Of a stretch of DNA of 64,000 nt, positions 43,353-56,789 are shown piece after piece. A model generated the notes under the pieces. It searched no databases and was not told where the DNA came from. It saw nothing but the letters and a program-made list of their open reading frames with translations. The stretch comes from the human T2T-CHM13v2.0 reference genome, Homo sapiens. The first letter of the stretch is position 1. Every line of letters starts with the position of its first letter. The stretch lies in the NCBI RefSeq assembly GCF_009914755.1, contig NC_060930.1. One strand, written 5' to 3'. Made by a program: the position numbers and the translations under genes.

Positions 43353-45211
43353 TATAAAACTTATAAACTTTCCTCTAGTTAAGTTTTATTTGTTCAGTGA
43401 TAACTTTATACTACTTTAAAATATTGAACTTTACCCACATCTGATACAATATGAATGCAACTAAAGTGTTCATTACAGGAAAAAAGGAGATGAATGATCT
43501 CGCAATTTTAAGATCTGTGTAAAAATGTTACCCAGGCACCTTTCCCCCAAGAAAAGTCAGTGACAGAATGTGTTACCATAAATAATCCAAGTAAAATCAA
43601 CAGAGTCTCTTTGGATCTATAATTGATGTGAAACAAGGCAGAACAAGGTTGTTGTGGGTGGCAGTGGGGGGCTTCCAGGAGAAAAATGTTGTCACCCATT
43701 TTGCCCAATATTTGCAAGTATTTCATTTAAAAAAGTCTAAACTCCTCAAAATGACACATTAAAATGAATGTATATTAATATTTTAATCATTTAAAAGATT
43801 TATTTAAAAAATTGACTCAACAAAGCTAATAAAATTTGTTTCCCTTTCACCACACAAGACTTTTAAAAAACATTGTGGACTAGTTTTGTTTTTTTTCCCG
43901 TAAAAGGTTTTCCAAATTGGAATGCTGGCAGCTCTTGCTATCCCTGAGAAAAATAGCAAAGCAAGAATTTTTGTAATTAGAGCTGCTTAAAAATCAGAGT
44001 TTACCCACATTGCAGAATATTCTCATGTTTTAACTAAAATAGCTGTGATGTCTGAGCCACACTTGGGGCTAATGAAAAATGAAGGCCACAAGAAAGGTAA
44101 GGTATGTGCATTCCCGTTTTAACTCTGTAAATGGAAGGAGAAAACGACAAACACTTGAAAGGGCATCTTATGAGGAAACTCATTGATAGGTTTTACATGT
44201 TTTCATGATTATTTAACGTGCAGGTTTAGTGAAGTGAAGCGATATCCAGCTTCTCTATAATTCTCAGTCTTTTACTAATAGTCATTAAATGTTCTCATGA
44301 ACATTGGAAAGCAGAATCCCATTATGTAATAATCTATAATTATCTCTGTTAACAACAGAATTAAAAAGTCATTAGAATAGTTTCTTTGACTCTGAATTTT
44401 AAAAACGTGAAAATAACCCAATGGAAAGAATAACTGAAATGGATTAAAATACTAAAACATTGTTTCCAAGGCTCCCAAAGGTAAATAACGTATATAGTAT
44501 TTCTAATGTATGTATGTTTAAACTAGAAGATGATTAAAGGATTTTAAAAACAAAACCTCTGAAATCATTCCTGGGAAAGTATAATTTTTATGTAGCTACG
44601 ATTATGCAGTTAAGATTTTTGCTTTTTAAAATGTATTCTACATACATTGATGATTAAATTTATTATTATTATCAGTGAAGATAGTATTTTAACTCTGGCA
44701 TAGGAAGAGATCACTCCTACATCTTTGGTAATGTTGACATCTCTCTGGATCTATGAATTGTTTGGTGAAACAAATTAGGCCTTTAGCATTCTACATAACT
44801 CTGAATAAGTAGTGTTAACAATATTAAAGCATTCTCTTATGAGCCTATTTGCTTTACTTTAATTATAAATTCCAAGTAATATGTACACTTATGTGTTTAA
44901 TCCTTTAATATTAATTTTGAGCCCAAATAATTGCATGCCTTCTGTTGCAGTACACTTAGACAAAAATGCTTATTTGTAGTTTTGTTTCTGCCTGTGCAAT
45001 TTTTTAAAGTAAGAATTAGTATAGTCAACACAGAGAAATGTTTTTACAAGTGTGATAAAGAAGCATTCAGTAAATTTTATTTTTTGACTTTTTAACCAAT
45101 TGTTAACTTGCATTGCCAAGTTTCAAGATGGCTAATAACTGGTTGTGTTTAATAAGTCATCCATTTTAGTTAAATGGATTAACAGGTTGTTTTTCCTTAA
45201 ACTGACCACTT

Positions 45212-45249
45212 TTTTTTTTTTTGGGATGGAGTCTCGCTCTGTCGCCCAG
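45212..45249 (-). mobile_element. Ultra-short Alu: last 27 bp plus poly(A), with 10-bp TSD
   Basis: T run then gggatggagtctcgctctgtcgcccag; ctgaccactt at 45202-45211 and 45250-45259. Confidence 0.9.
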
Positions 45250-45309
45250 CTGACCACTTATTTTAGTGGCTTAATTAGAACAAATGTTTGCGTGACCAAA
45301 CTTGCAAAT

Positions 45310-45430
45310 CATGTATTCACAATTCAAAAATCATTTAGTGAGTACTTACTATGTGTCTGATGCTGGGCTAACTGCCAATGATCCATTAATGGACAAGTCA
45401 ATTATAGTCTCTAGCTTTAAGCTGATTAGG
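45310..45430 (-). mobile_element. L2 3' end
   Basis: attcaaaaatcatttagtgagtacttactatgtgtctgatgctggg. Confidence 0.7.
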
Positions 45431-46429
45431 ATCCGGTTCCAGTCCCAGCCTGTTCTGCCTGTCATTAGGTAAAATGAAATTACTAGTTTTCTTTGGTCAT
45501 CACTGTGATTCTTCATCATTGCATCATTGTGATTATTCCATTTCTGACCTTTGGTAATGAGGTGGAAATGTAATCATCGTAAAGGCTGGCCATAACTTCT
45601 CTTTAGGGTGGAAATTATCTTTTTTATGGGAATATACCTTGGTCAGCCCCTTGGGAGTAGAGAGTGACTCTGAGGGAATTTGGATGTTTGAAAAAAACCG
45701 GGGCTGTACTGCTCAGTAAGAAACAAGAGGGCAAATTTCTTTATTTCTATGAGGGAGGAAGAGTGAAGAAAAACAAGAGTGGAGAAGAAAGAGGAAAGAG
45801 GCAGAAACCTTAAAGTTAGTGAGAGATGAGACGGCTCTCAGGAGAAAAGTTAGATGAAATTCTCTTGTGGTAGGTGGCCAGAGGATATTACAGAGCAGGA
45901 ACACAAATGCCAAATGTTCAGTTTGAAGTTTTGTTGGTTGATGCTACTTTTTACATTTCTGTAGTATAAGTATTTCTTCTACCTTACTCAAATCATTGGT
46001 AAATACTACAACTTTGCGAATGCTTTGAGTGAATGGGTTGTTTGTGGAACCCGTGGGCAGGACTGAATTTTACATCTGTTTTTGACTGATCCTAAAATGT
46101 GTTACTTGAGGAAACAGGAACCCAGCAGCAGATGTGACTGTAAGAACATAAATCTTCTCCACCTCCCAGAATGAATGAATGTGTTAAAGAGAGATTTGGA
46201 CTTCCAGAGAACGGTGGAAATTATAATTTAACTAACTTTCCTGAGATTTCTAGAAGTCAAGAGACTTGTGTTAATCTAGGTTACTCATGTGCCCTAGAAT
46301 CTGACAAGTGGTTTTCTTGCTTGCTTCTGAGACCTGCATGCCAGGCCTTAGTTCCAGGGTTTATTTTTTAAATTGTCTATACTCTTTGGGACACAAATCC
46401 TGACCTCCCTTTATAATCTTTTTATATCA

Positions 46430-47330
46430 TTCCATCATTCCTGCATTTATTCATCAATTTCTTTACTCGAAGTTATCAAACATTTCCTGAATACATAACC
46501 TATGACTGATGATAGAGTAGCTGACAAAAATACAAAGATGAATAAGGCCTAGTCTCTGAAGATGCTCATAGCCTGGTGTGGGAATAAGACATAAATTTAA
46601 AACAGTTGCAATAGAAGGCAGTAACGGCTAGGGTAGAGATTCAGGGAAGATGAAGAACATACAAGAGGAAGACTTGTTTCTGTCTAGTTTTTGATTCTCA
46701 ACAAGGGTGAACAGCCATTGTAATTTACTCAGGACTATCTCAGATTTATAGCTGAAAATCCCGTGTCCCGAGAAACCCCTCAGGCATATGCAAAGTCAAC
46801 TATGACAGTTTCCCTACCTATGGAAGTGAACACTTGATCTTCATATTCAGAATTTTATTTACATTTGGCACAGACAAATAAGAAAGAGTACTTTAAGCAG
46901 AAGGGACAACAAATACAAAGGCACAAAGTTATGGAACAACATGCTGTGTTTCAGGAAGACAGAACAGCTCAGTGTGGCTGGTGTATCGTGTTCCTTTTGA
47001 AGATTGATAGGAGACTGCTGTAAACAGGTAAGGGAGGAGCCAGATCATGAAGGACTTGGTATATCATGCAAGGAAGTCCACATTAGATCCAAAAAGGCTT
47101 TAGGGGGCATCGAATCGTTTTAAGCAGAGAACTGATCCAAGTTTTGTTTTAGAAAGATTACTCTGGGAAAGTGTAGTGAATCAATTGGAAGTTGACCAGG
47201 ACTTTGGCAAGAAAACTGGTAAGCAGGGTATTGTAATGTTTCAAGTGAGAGATGATAAAATTCTGCACTAAGAAACCGTTGGTGATGATGGAGAGTAGGA
47301 GGCACATTCTACAGATACTTAAGATGAACA
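46430..47330 (-). mobile_element. L2 interrupted by MER81
   Basis: atacaaagatgaataaggcctagtctctg, ggagccagatcatgaaggacttg, ttttagaaagattactctgg. Confidence 0.85.
46703..46816. mobile_element. MER81-like hAT-Blackjack MITE
   Basis: agggtgaaca...ctgaaaatcccgtgtcccgagaaacccctcag...tcccta, 114 bp. Confidence 0.75.
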
Positions 47331-49914
47331 CCACCATAAGTCTGTGCCCCATTGAAGGTGGGGCTGAGAACAGCGAGAGTCAGTCAGGAGGGTTAGGCAG
47401 GTCCCTGAGAGAGGTCCAAGAGTTGATGAAGGAGGAACACATTCAGAAAAGAAAAATTAATAGTCAGGAGTGAAACCATAAATAAGAGATAAGGAGCAGA
47501 TTAGAAGTGAAGTCAGCTCAGAAACAACTCAAGATAGATGAGGACACTCAAAAGAACTTGAATCAGCAGTTCCATGTTTGTAGTTTATCTTTATAGAAAG
47601 GCATTGCATGTGGGTGTGTCAGTTTGGATTAAACATCCACGTTAGGGATGGACAAATATGTGGAATTGTCATTTTAGGTAAAACGGTACTTTTCCTGTTT
47701 TTTTTTTTTTCTAAATCCATTTTAAAATTCTGTTTTTAGTGTAAGTACTGATCCTCATTTTTAATAAAAACAAGCTATTGTTACTGATATTAATACTCCC
47801 TATGGAAGCTACTTAGTTGTGACAGGAAAAGTGTTCACATCTTCTTCTATTGCTATCTATTTATTTGGTACTGACAGCAAAATGGCAGTTTACTCTACAA
47901 GGAGCACAGGGAATATTTGTTCTTAAGAGAGAGGTTTAAGACTCACCACAGTAGAAAGTAGTCAATTGGAAGAAAATTTAAGCCACATACATGTTCAATG
48001 TAAAACCTAAATCCTCCAGTTTTACTTTTTCTCATGCCACACAGATTACTTAAAATAAATTATTTTTAAAAATTTATACCTATAATTTACCTGTTGAATC
48101 ATTTTCTGAGATCTAATCAAGATGGTCTGTTTTCAAAACAAATGAGCTAAAACCCGAATTGTTATCTTGTGTGTATTCTATGGATTTTTATGCTTATACA
48201 CATTAAAGACTGGCTTTTATTAACACATTTTCATTTTTCGCCCAATTTTCACATTGCACAAATTATTCCCTGTGAGTAAATTGAGCTCTTTATTTATTTT
48301 TTTCTTTTTTAAAAACACATTGACTTCTTCAGATTACTAGGGTTCAGTTTTCAATATATCAAAGTCATTATTTTTCAAATGATTCAACAGAACACTTAAT
48401 TCACACGATTTTAGCATGTATGATTTAAATCTTATGTTTATGTAATCACTTCACTTTAATATGAAAGATCCTGATAAATTGAATCATCTGTTTCTGCTTG
48501 TTATAGCCAGTTATTTCCTTAAGCTAATAGCAGGGGTTTTCCAATTTGGATTGCTAACGAATAATTTGCTTTTGTTTTTGTTTTGCGTATTTGTTTTGCT
48601 CTGCATAATAAGAGTTAATTTGCTAAGAAGACTGTCATGACAATTATATAACAACAATACTTACAGTACCACAATGATCAGATGAAAAGCCACATTTCAA
48701 TTTAACATTTTACTTTGAAGAAAGATGGAACTGTACTCAAAATTTTGTAAATTCTTTAAAAGTTAATATTTGTTGGCATGTTTAATGTTGAGTAGATTCC
48801 TTCTTACTGGTGAGTTGTCTTACTTGAAACAAAAGCAGGAATTATTTTAAACCAATAGATATGGAAAATGTTTTATAAATTAATTTTACATTAAAGCAAC
48901 TTGTAAATATTTTTTTTTAATGTTTAGAAGATTAGTATCTTTTTTTGTCTTGCTGCAAATGCACAACGGATTAGTAAACAAAGCCCTGGCCCCAGTGACC
49001 TCATTGGAAGTACATTTATATTAATGCACATTTTATTTTCAGGTATCTTTTTTTCTGGGCACTGAGTTTTTCCTTTATATAAAACTGATGATGGCATAAA
49101 TCTTTGTAAGAAGACAGATTAAAATTGGTCCTCTTCAAAATGCTTTGGGTGTTGCATGACAGTCAGTCTGGAAAGAGATTTTATATTCACTATCTCTTAC
49201 CACAGTGTAATGAAAACTGTCACACAGTTCTGTTGACAATAATAAATGATTAATAATTTTGATAAAATATTTTTCCAGAAATCAAATACTGTCTACAAAT
49301 CCATAAATTCTGTATCAATGTTAACATTTATCTTGACATATAAGATATAATTTTGTACCATAATCAAATCATTAACTGTGTTCTCTCATTTTTCATTCAC
49401 TAGAATGTCAAGGAAATAGGACACAGTGTTCAATATGGTCATGAATTTAATAAAATAAGAAATGAGACAAAGACAAATGTTTGGTGATCATTTTTATTCC
49501 AAATGAAAACATTTGTGATGACTTTTTCTTTTTTCATTTCTTTTCAATCATATACACCTAATTTTTTGCTCTGTTTTTTCACAATTAAAAAATGTTGATT
49601 ATTATTTTAAAAGATGTGGAGTTGGAATTCTAGACCATCTTGTCTTAGTTTTTCTCTTGACTCTTTCAACTTTTCAATCCTAAAACTATTTTTGGGGAAA
49701 GATATATTTCTAAAATATTTCCTTTTATCAACATAAAATCACTTTTACTAGGCTAACTCGTTTGAAATTATCAAGTTCTATTTTTAAAAACATAAAAATA
49801 AAGCAATAAAATTAAAAAGAAATAACCCACCGAAGTCAAAAGCAAAGGCTAAAACTGGCATAGTTAAGCAACAATAAGCTATAAAAATAACGTTAAATCT
49901 GTCTTTTTTGTATT

Positions 49915-50260
49915 TGTACCTTAAGGCCTGGCACATAATAGGTGCTCAATAACAATTGTTCAGTGATTAAATAAATTACTTTCTCAGCCAAGGATCTTAA
50001 GCAATATTGTATAAAGAATGCATATGTCATTTATAGTTAGTGAACACCCAACTTTTACTATTACAGTTTTTTTGTAATTGAAGCAATCCCCATTCTAAAA
50101 CTCAATAGCTAAGGACATTGAATAAGTTGCTTCACCTCTCTGGTTCATAGTTTCTTTGCGTGTAAAGTGGGGGTGATAATTTTGTGTGATGGTAAAGAAA
50201 AAAATACCGTAAAGGGAGTCCCTAGTACAGGGCAAATAAATGCCTTTATTACCATTAAAC
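49915..50260 (+). mobile_element. L2 3' tail and MIR fragments
   Basis: gcctggcacataataggtgctcaataa; aagttgcttcacctctctggttcatagtttctttgcgtgtaaagtgggg. Confidence 0.6.
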
Positions 50261-50481
50261 TGCTGCAAATACTAATATTAGTAGTAGTACTATTGCTGCT
50301 ATTATTAGAGTATTATTAAATTATTAGAATGCTGCCCCCTCAATATGTTTGATAACAGTTAAGTAGTTGAATTATGTTATTATTAATCTCAAATAAAATA
50401 ATGTTAATCATTAAAAATGTTGTGAGCAAAAATTTTCAATTACTTTAAAAGTACAAATGTTTTTTCTTTTTAATAGAAGGT

Positions 50482-50898
50482 TGTCATGGACTGATTTATG
50501 TCCCTCACCTCTGTACCCCCAATTCATACATTGAAGCCCTAGCCCTCAATAGCTCAGAGTGCCATTGTATTTGGAGACAGGTTCATTAAAGAGATGATTC
50601 ATTAAAATGAGATGCTTAAGGTGGACCCTAATCTAATTAGACTGAAGTCCTTATGAGAAGCAGAAATTTGGACACACAAAAAACCATCAGTGATGCACAC
50701 TCACAGACGGAAGAACATATGAGGACACAGCAGTAAGGTGGCCATCAGTAAGCCAAGGAGAAAGGCATAGGGAGAAACCAACTCTGCTGATACCTTGGTC
50801 TTGGACTTCCAGCGTTTAGAACGGTGAGAAAATAAATTTATGTTGTTTGAGCCACCCAGTCTATGGTATATTTTTATGGCATAAAGCAAACTAATACA
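50482..50898 (+). mobile_element. MLT1B-like MaLR solo LTR
   Basis: tgtcatggactga...gcaaactaataca; 5-bp TSD aaggt/atggt. Confidence 0.92.
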
Positions 50899-51866
50899 AT
50901 GGTTATTAGATCTAGATAGTATATTTTCAGCAAAATTTGTCTATGTTTACTACTTTGTTATTATTTTTTCTTTGCCTCATTGTTTCTATGGATTTCTTCA
51001 AAATGTTAAGCTCTTTAGGGGAAACTTTACCATGAATAGTTTTAGAAAGCAAGCTTGCATAAATGTCTGAAAAGGAAACATATTATTCACAGGTACATTT
51101 TAAAGTTACTTTAATGATTTATACCTTTGTTGCCTACATTATTTGATAAATGGTCTTAAAATCCTTATGAGTCTTAAATACTAAACCCTGATTTAAAACT
51201 TTATTATTATATAAAATATAAAATTGAGAAAAATGTATCTGTTAAAACAATGACTTCAAGCCTTCGAAAATTGTTATATCCATATTGTCAATGTGTATCT
51301 TTTAAAATTTTTACAATACTTGCTATGAAATCTAAAGCACATAAGTGAAATATGCCACCCACATTCATATATTAAATATATGAATTTGAAAATATAAAAA
51401 ATTTTAAAAATATTATACCAAAATTTACCTTACTAAAATGGTTTGTCTTTTATTTTCACATTTATTTAGAACTATATCACATTTTTATATATCTCATTAT
51501 AGAATTTGGACAATGTTTGCTATATGGCAAGAGATTCTGACCCATGTGAAATAATTCACATGCCTAAAATTAGAAAAATGAGATAATAGGAGTTCCCCCA
51601 AAATGTAGCTACCTTTCATAATCAATCCTAAAATAGTGTTTGTTATTCTCTAGTATCAACTGATGAGCAGTAAGTTAATAAGTATAAAATATTCACAAAA
51701 TTTTCTTTTATCATGGTCAATTTACTGAATAAATTTATTTAGTTTTTTGTTAGACAATACAGACTTGCTGAATGGATGAATGAAATGAATGAAGCATGGC
51801 AACCAAATAAATTCAGTCTAGTTTATTTGATACTATGTTAGTAACTAGGCTTCCAAGACATGATGA

Positions 51867-51869
<3 letters not shown>

Positions 51870-51897
<28 letters not shown>

Positions 51898-52140
51898 GAG
51901 AGGGAGTCTTGCTCTGTTTGCCCAGGCTGGAGTGCAGTGGCATGATCTGGGGTCACTGCAACCTCCGCCTCCTTGGTTCAAGCAATTCTTCCTACCTCAG
52001 CCTCCTGAGTAGCTATAATTACAGGTGACCACCACCACACCCAGCTAATTTTTGTATTTTTAGTAGAGATGGGGTCTTGCCATTTTGGCTAGGCTGGTCT
52101 CCAACTACCGACCCCAAGTCAAAAAGTCTGCCTCAGCCTC
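51870..52140 (-). mobile_element. AluS, 5'-truncated, with pure T28 tail
   Basis: T28 then gagagggagtcttgctctg...tctgcctcagcctc. Confidence 0.93.
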
Positions 52141-52358
52141 ACTTGAAATGGATGAACTCATGAGTCTGTTATGACAGGACATCAGATCTAACCAAATTCT
52201 TGCCACTTTATATTGACTATAGATAGATCTATTTGTATCTGCCTCTTATGCAACATTCAAAATCTCATCTAATTTCATATGAGATGAAATCCTGAGCTTG
52301 CTCATTAAAATGTCTAAAATGTTTTTTCTGCTTTAAGATAAAGAATAACCTTTTTTCT

Positions 52359-52360
52359 TT

Positions 52361-52410
<50 letters not shown>
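52359..52410. repeat. (TTTC)13 tetranucleotide microsatellite
   Basis: Directly visible. Confidence 0.95.
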
Positions 52411-52412
<2 letters not shown>

Positions 52413-54069
52413 TTTCTGGGGGTGAAGGAATGTCATTAATGTATCTTGAGACACTAGTATCAGTTCTTTTATATAGCCAAAAACCTATCTCTCCAAAAAA
52501 GAATGAAACTAGTGTCCCTAAATTGAAGATGTATGCTTATGCAATTGACTTGAATCTGTTGGAAAAATGAGTATATCATTTTATAAAAAAGTTAAATCAT
52601 TGATGTCAGATGTCAGAGCTTACAATAATCAGAATGCATAGCATTGTATACAGCTTCATGATTCTAAAATCATTTGCACAAGCATCTTGAGAGTGAGAGA
52701 AAGAAAGAAAACGAATTTATCACTGAATACAGAAAACACATCACCCTTTTTTACCACCTGTGACCCACGCCCTGCAGCCATGTGTTATGATTCTGTACCA
52801 AGCAATTTCAAGGAGATGCTCTTGGAGGATATTTATGGGAGGACTTTCCTGCTCTTCTGGATCACTATTTCACCTTTTGCCGTGCCAAGTCAGAATCAGA
52901 ATGACTGATATTCTAAGAGGTATATAAAAATCAAATTCATCAAGAAACCAAGCATTCACTAAAGGATGGTATTAATTTGGAAGTCTGCATTTTTACATGT
53001 GAGTTATATAACCAAATCTTCATTGAAACATTGCGGTTCACTTTGCCAATCCTAGTTTTAGAATATGAAAGGTAAAATTAAGTAGAGAACAAAGTGTTTA
53101 ACATTTCACAAGCTTGAAGAGGAACAATGGTTATTTACTAACATCAAACTTCAAAAAATTATTTCTAGGACTGGAATATTGGCCTCCATTTTTTTTTACA
53201 CTAAAGTTACCATTTTAATGTGAAAGACTGAACAGACTAAATGTTTTCTAAAGTAATTTATTTTTACAATATTTTCACATAGTTCAACTTGAAACTGCAC
53301 TGAGATTGTAATACATTGGAAACAAAATTTAATTTTCAGATCAACCTTTAGTGTATCTTTTGAAAAGTTGTGTATAATATAAACTTCTAAGATGCTCTTG
53401 CCAAAAATGAATTTTTATATCCTGTCATTCAAATTATGCATGAGGTTTACTAAAAGCTCCATCTGAATTGTGAGAAACTGTTTCCTAAATGTGTATGTGT
53501 ACAAACAGGCACACATTCGTGTGCACATATATCAGAAAAACATGTCTTATATTATTCCTATAACAAGTTCTCCATTCTGCTACCATTATCTGTAAGTTTC
53601 TGTGATTGCAGTAGTTTATAAAAGGACTTATCTTTCCTGTTAAAGCAATAAGCATCCAAAACTCAGAGTGTGGATGTTCAAAGTCTAGTTGAAAATAAAT
53701 ATCATTATTCATATTTTGATTTTATGCACAGCTGTGGTCTTCCTTTCTCTGTTGTTAACAGAGCTGTCTTCTCTTTTCAGTGAAAGCAAAACAAAGAGCA
53801 GATTGGAGATTCATTTATGGTGAGGGTTAATGTTAGTTAACATTCAATCTTTAGTTATAATAAGCATATACATGTGTGGGTGTTTTATGTACATGTGTGT
53901 TCAATTTCTTCTACCAATATGGTTAACCATGGATTTAAATAGTTTCCAAGTCTTTCCTTCATTAAAGTTTCTTTAATGAAAGGAAATAGATTAAGAACAG
54001 CAACATTAGCAAAGGTGACATTTGCTCGATGTTAATATGGTATGAATAACAAAACTCATCATGTCACCA

Positions 54070-54277
54070 GGTTGGATGCGGTGGCTCATGTCTGTAATCC
54101 CAGCACTTTGGGAGGCTGGGCATGGTGGCAGGTGCCTGTAATCCCAGCTACTCAGGAGGCTAAGGCAGGAGAATCATTTGAACCCCGGAGGCAGAGGTTG
54201 CAGTGAGCCAAGATCGCACCACTGCCCTCCAGCCGGGGCGACAGAGCGAGACTCTGTCTCAAAAAAAAAAAAAAAAA
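54070..54277 (+). mobile_element. AluS with ~90-bp internal deletion of the left arm and linker
   Basis: cagcactttgggaggctg joined directly to ggcatggtggcaggtgcc; A17 tail. Confidence 0.93.
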
Positions 54278-54809
54278 TTTCCTCAGTAGAACCTGTGTGT
54301 GAAATACCAGGATTGCCCGTGAGGAGGCATATGAACAAACTTTCTCCTGTTTTTGTTTTGTTTTGTTTTGTTTCTCCTAGAACATCAAGAAAATTCCAGA
54401 TTAAGACTATTCCTCTAAAATTTAAATGCACTCAATATTCAAGCAAGCCTGAAAGATGTCTTTTAACTTTCACCCTCAGTATTTGTCATGCCATACTGCA
54501 AGAACAATCTCCACATGTTCATCCATGAGGCACAGGGGCAGCAGACCGTACATTTTAATGGGACCATTTTCTTAAAATGTCAGTAGTATACCTTGGCTTG
54601 CATATAAAAATATATTCTGAGAATTTAAATATTTTCAACAAAAACCCCTAGCTTTTGAACACACTTAGGTTCACAACTCCCACAAATACTTTTTCCTTCT
54701 CTCAAATTTCAGGCAACAAGAGTGCCAGAAGATGTGGAATTTGTATAACCCCAAACTGTGTTTTCCTAACTAATCTTGGCAAGCTTAAAACCCTGGAAAG
54801 TCACAATTC

Positions 54810-55015
54810 ACTTCCCAGGCGATCATCCTGGACAGCTCAACAGCAGAAAAGCAGAACAGGATATCCAGCTATTGAACCGGGCTGCCGGCCCAGGTGGCCA
54901 GCCTTGAAGCTGTGGAGAGCGCCTACCAGGAGGGCCGCATGGGCTGCAGGAAGACACGTTCCTTTCCTCTGTCTGTTGTGAGCTGGAAAGGAAAGTACAG
55001 TCTGCACTCCCGAAA
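54810..55015. promoter_or_regulatory. Small GC/CpG-retaining unique patch, candidate regulatory element or exon
   Basis: About 7 CpGs in ~200 bp of apparently non-repeat DNA against a CpG-poor background. Confidence 0.3.
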
Positions 55016-56789
55016 CACTGCCTGCCAACACAGCACTTTTCAGCAAAGGTGAAAAGAGAGTATGTCTCTAACAATAAATGTCACAAGAGGAACAAATCAT
55101 TTATAAGATTCAGGAGGCCCCAACTCAAGCAGATAGTTGGCAGTGGAAAAACAGCTTCAATTTTATTACTGTATTGAATGAGACATAGCTTCACAGATGT
55201 GAGACCATTTAAGACCAATTGTTTTTGTACCTAAAGTTACTTAAGTATATAGGATGAAAGAAATAATGAGTTAGGGGGCTAGGGTTAGATTCTCTGGTCT
55301 TGTGCTAAGAGTTCCATGACAGGAATTTTTATCGTTATTAATGACAAGGTCTTCCTCCTGATGCCATTCTTCTATTTTTGTATTTTCCTTTGTTTGTTTT
55401 TTTAAGAATGAATTATTTTCATTCAAGTTATGAAATCCTCCCTCAGAAGTCTGTTTATATTTACAAAATATCCTAATTTATATTTATGAAATAATTCTCA
55501 AATAAATAAATAATAAAGAGAAGCAGGAAGAATGATAGAAAATGTGTATTTCCAAAATTGATAAAGCAATCTATTTGCTTGTCATTGTAAATCAATACAA
55601 AACAAATAAATTTTAAAAAAATTACTACTAATTACAGATTCTTTCGAGAAAAAAATTGCATTCTTTAAATCTAGGAAACTTTTATTCTAGTTCATAAAAC
55701 AAGATGTGAAGAAATAATGTTTTATACGTAATTGTATATCCAATTGGCAAGGTAGTATATGTGTTCATTTTTCTTCTACAACTGAGTCTCAATAAATGCA
55801 TATATATGATAAAAATATGATAATAGACAAGTAGATAATAGGTAGATAGCAGATATAACAGATAAGTAGATGCTAAGTCTACACAGCTGAGGAATCAGAC
55901 CTAAAATTATACCATCAGTTTAGTTACAATTTTGTGCCTATATAATTTTTTAGAAGCCTAAACATTAAAATTTAATACTCTTGTTATCCTACAAGAATAT
56001 TGGTTAACATTTGAATTACTGTAAAAAATATTCTAAAATAGTCAAACCAATTTACAATTGCAATATACAATCAAGATCACCTGCATGAAGACAAAATTAA
56101 TAAAAGTGCATCAGACTTTCATTAACTTAAATAACCAATATTATTGTTTTCCTAAAGATAAAGTTTCATTTTAAGAATAAATGTCAAATTATTTTCAATT
56201 TGCTGTATAAGAATTACTAGTTGGCGAAATGAGTCAATCCTCTGTTGGGGAGCAATGTTGTTGGTGAACAGTGGTCAACCAGTCTATACTTTGGGGAACA
56301 GGAGCAGGATTGGTCATCAAAATGAGAGAATCTGACCTACTGTACTATTGTCTATGAGATGTCTTTCATTTTGATGTAGGTTTCTCCTTTATTAGTAAAC
56401 AGATGACTTTTTAGTGAGGAAAAAACCCTGTTTTTTTCATCTCAATAGTCTTCTTATAAATTGATGAAGAAGCTCATCAATAAAGAAAACTTGGTACACA
56501 CCAGCTTTCATGTAAATTGTATCAATTCTTAACTAGATTTTGCCTAGGAGCTAATTTTTCAGACATGAAATTGCTTGGAAATCCAGAAGGATTTTCTTTT
56601 TCATCTGGGGGCAATCTGGTAGCAATTTCATATCCCTTACTAAATTTGAGAGTATGTCTGTGTGTGCATAAGTGCATGTGTATTTATGTAGGTGTGTATA
56701 CTAGACTTTTCCTTTTTTTTAGTTTATTTTTTAATTAAAGATTCTCCACTCAAAATATTAGAAATTTAGTGAAGCATAAGAAAACCACT

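Noticed and set aside
44043-53819. Symmetric plus-strand exon candidates at 44043-44096 and 53781-53819
   Set aside because: Peptides unrecognised, isolated, opposite to the inferred host strand; expected by chance
54880-54940. CTCF-like words (cccaggtggcc, ctaccaggagggc); also near 22088, 50333 and 63568
   Set aside because: Several mismatches to the core motif in each case
54655-54981. 108-aa ORF over the GC-rich patch
   Set aside because: Non-ATG start; open frames are expected where GC is higher; no homology recognised
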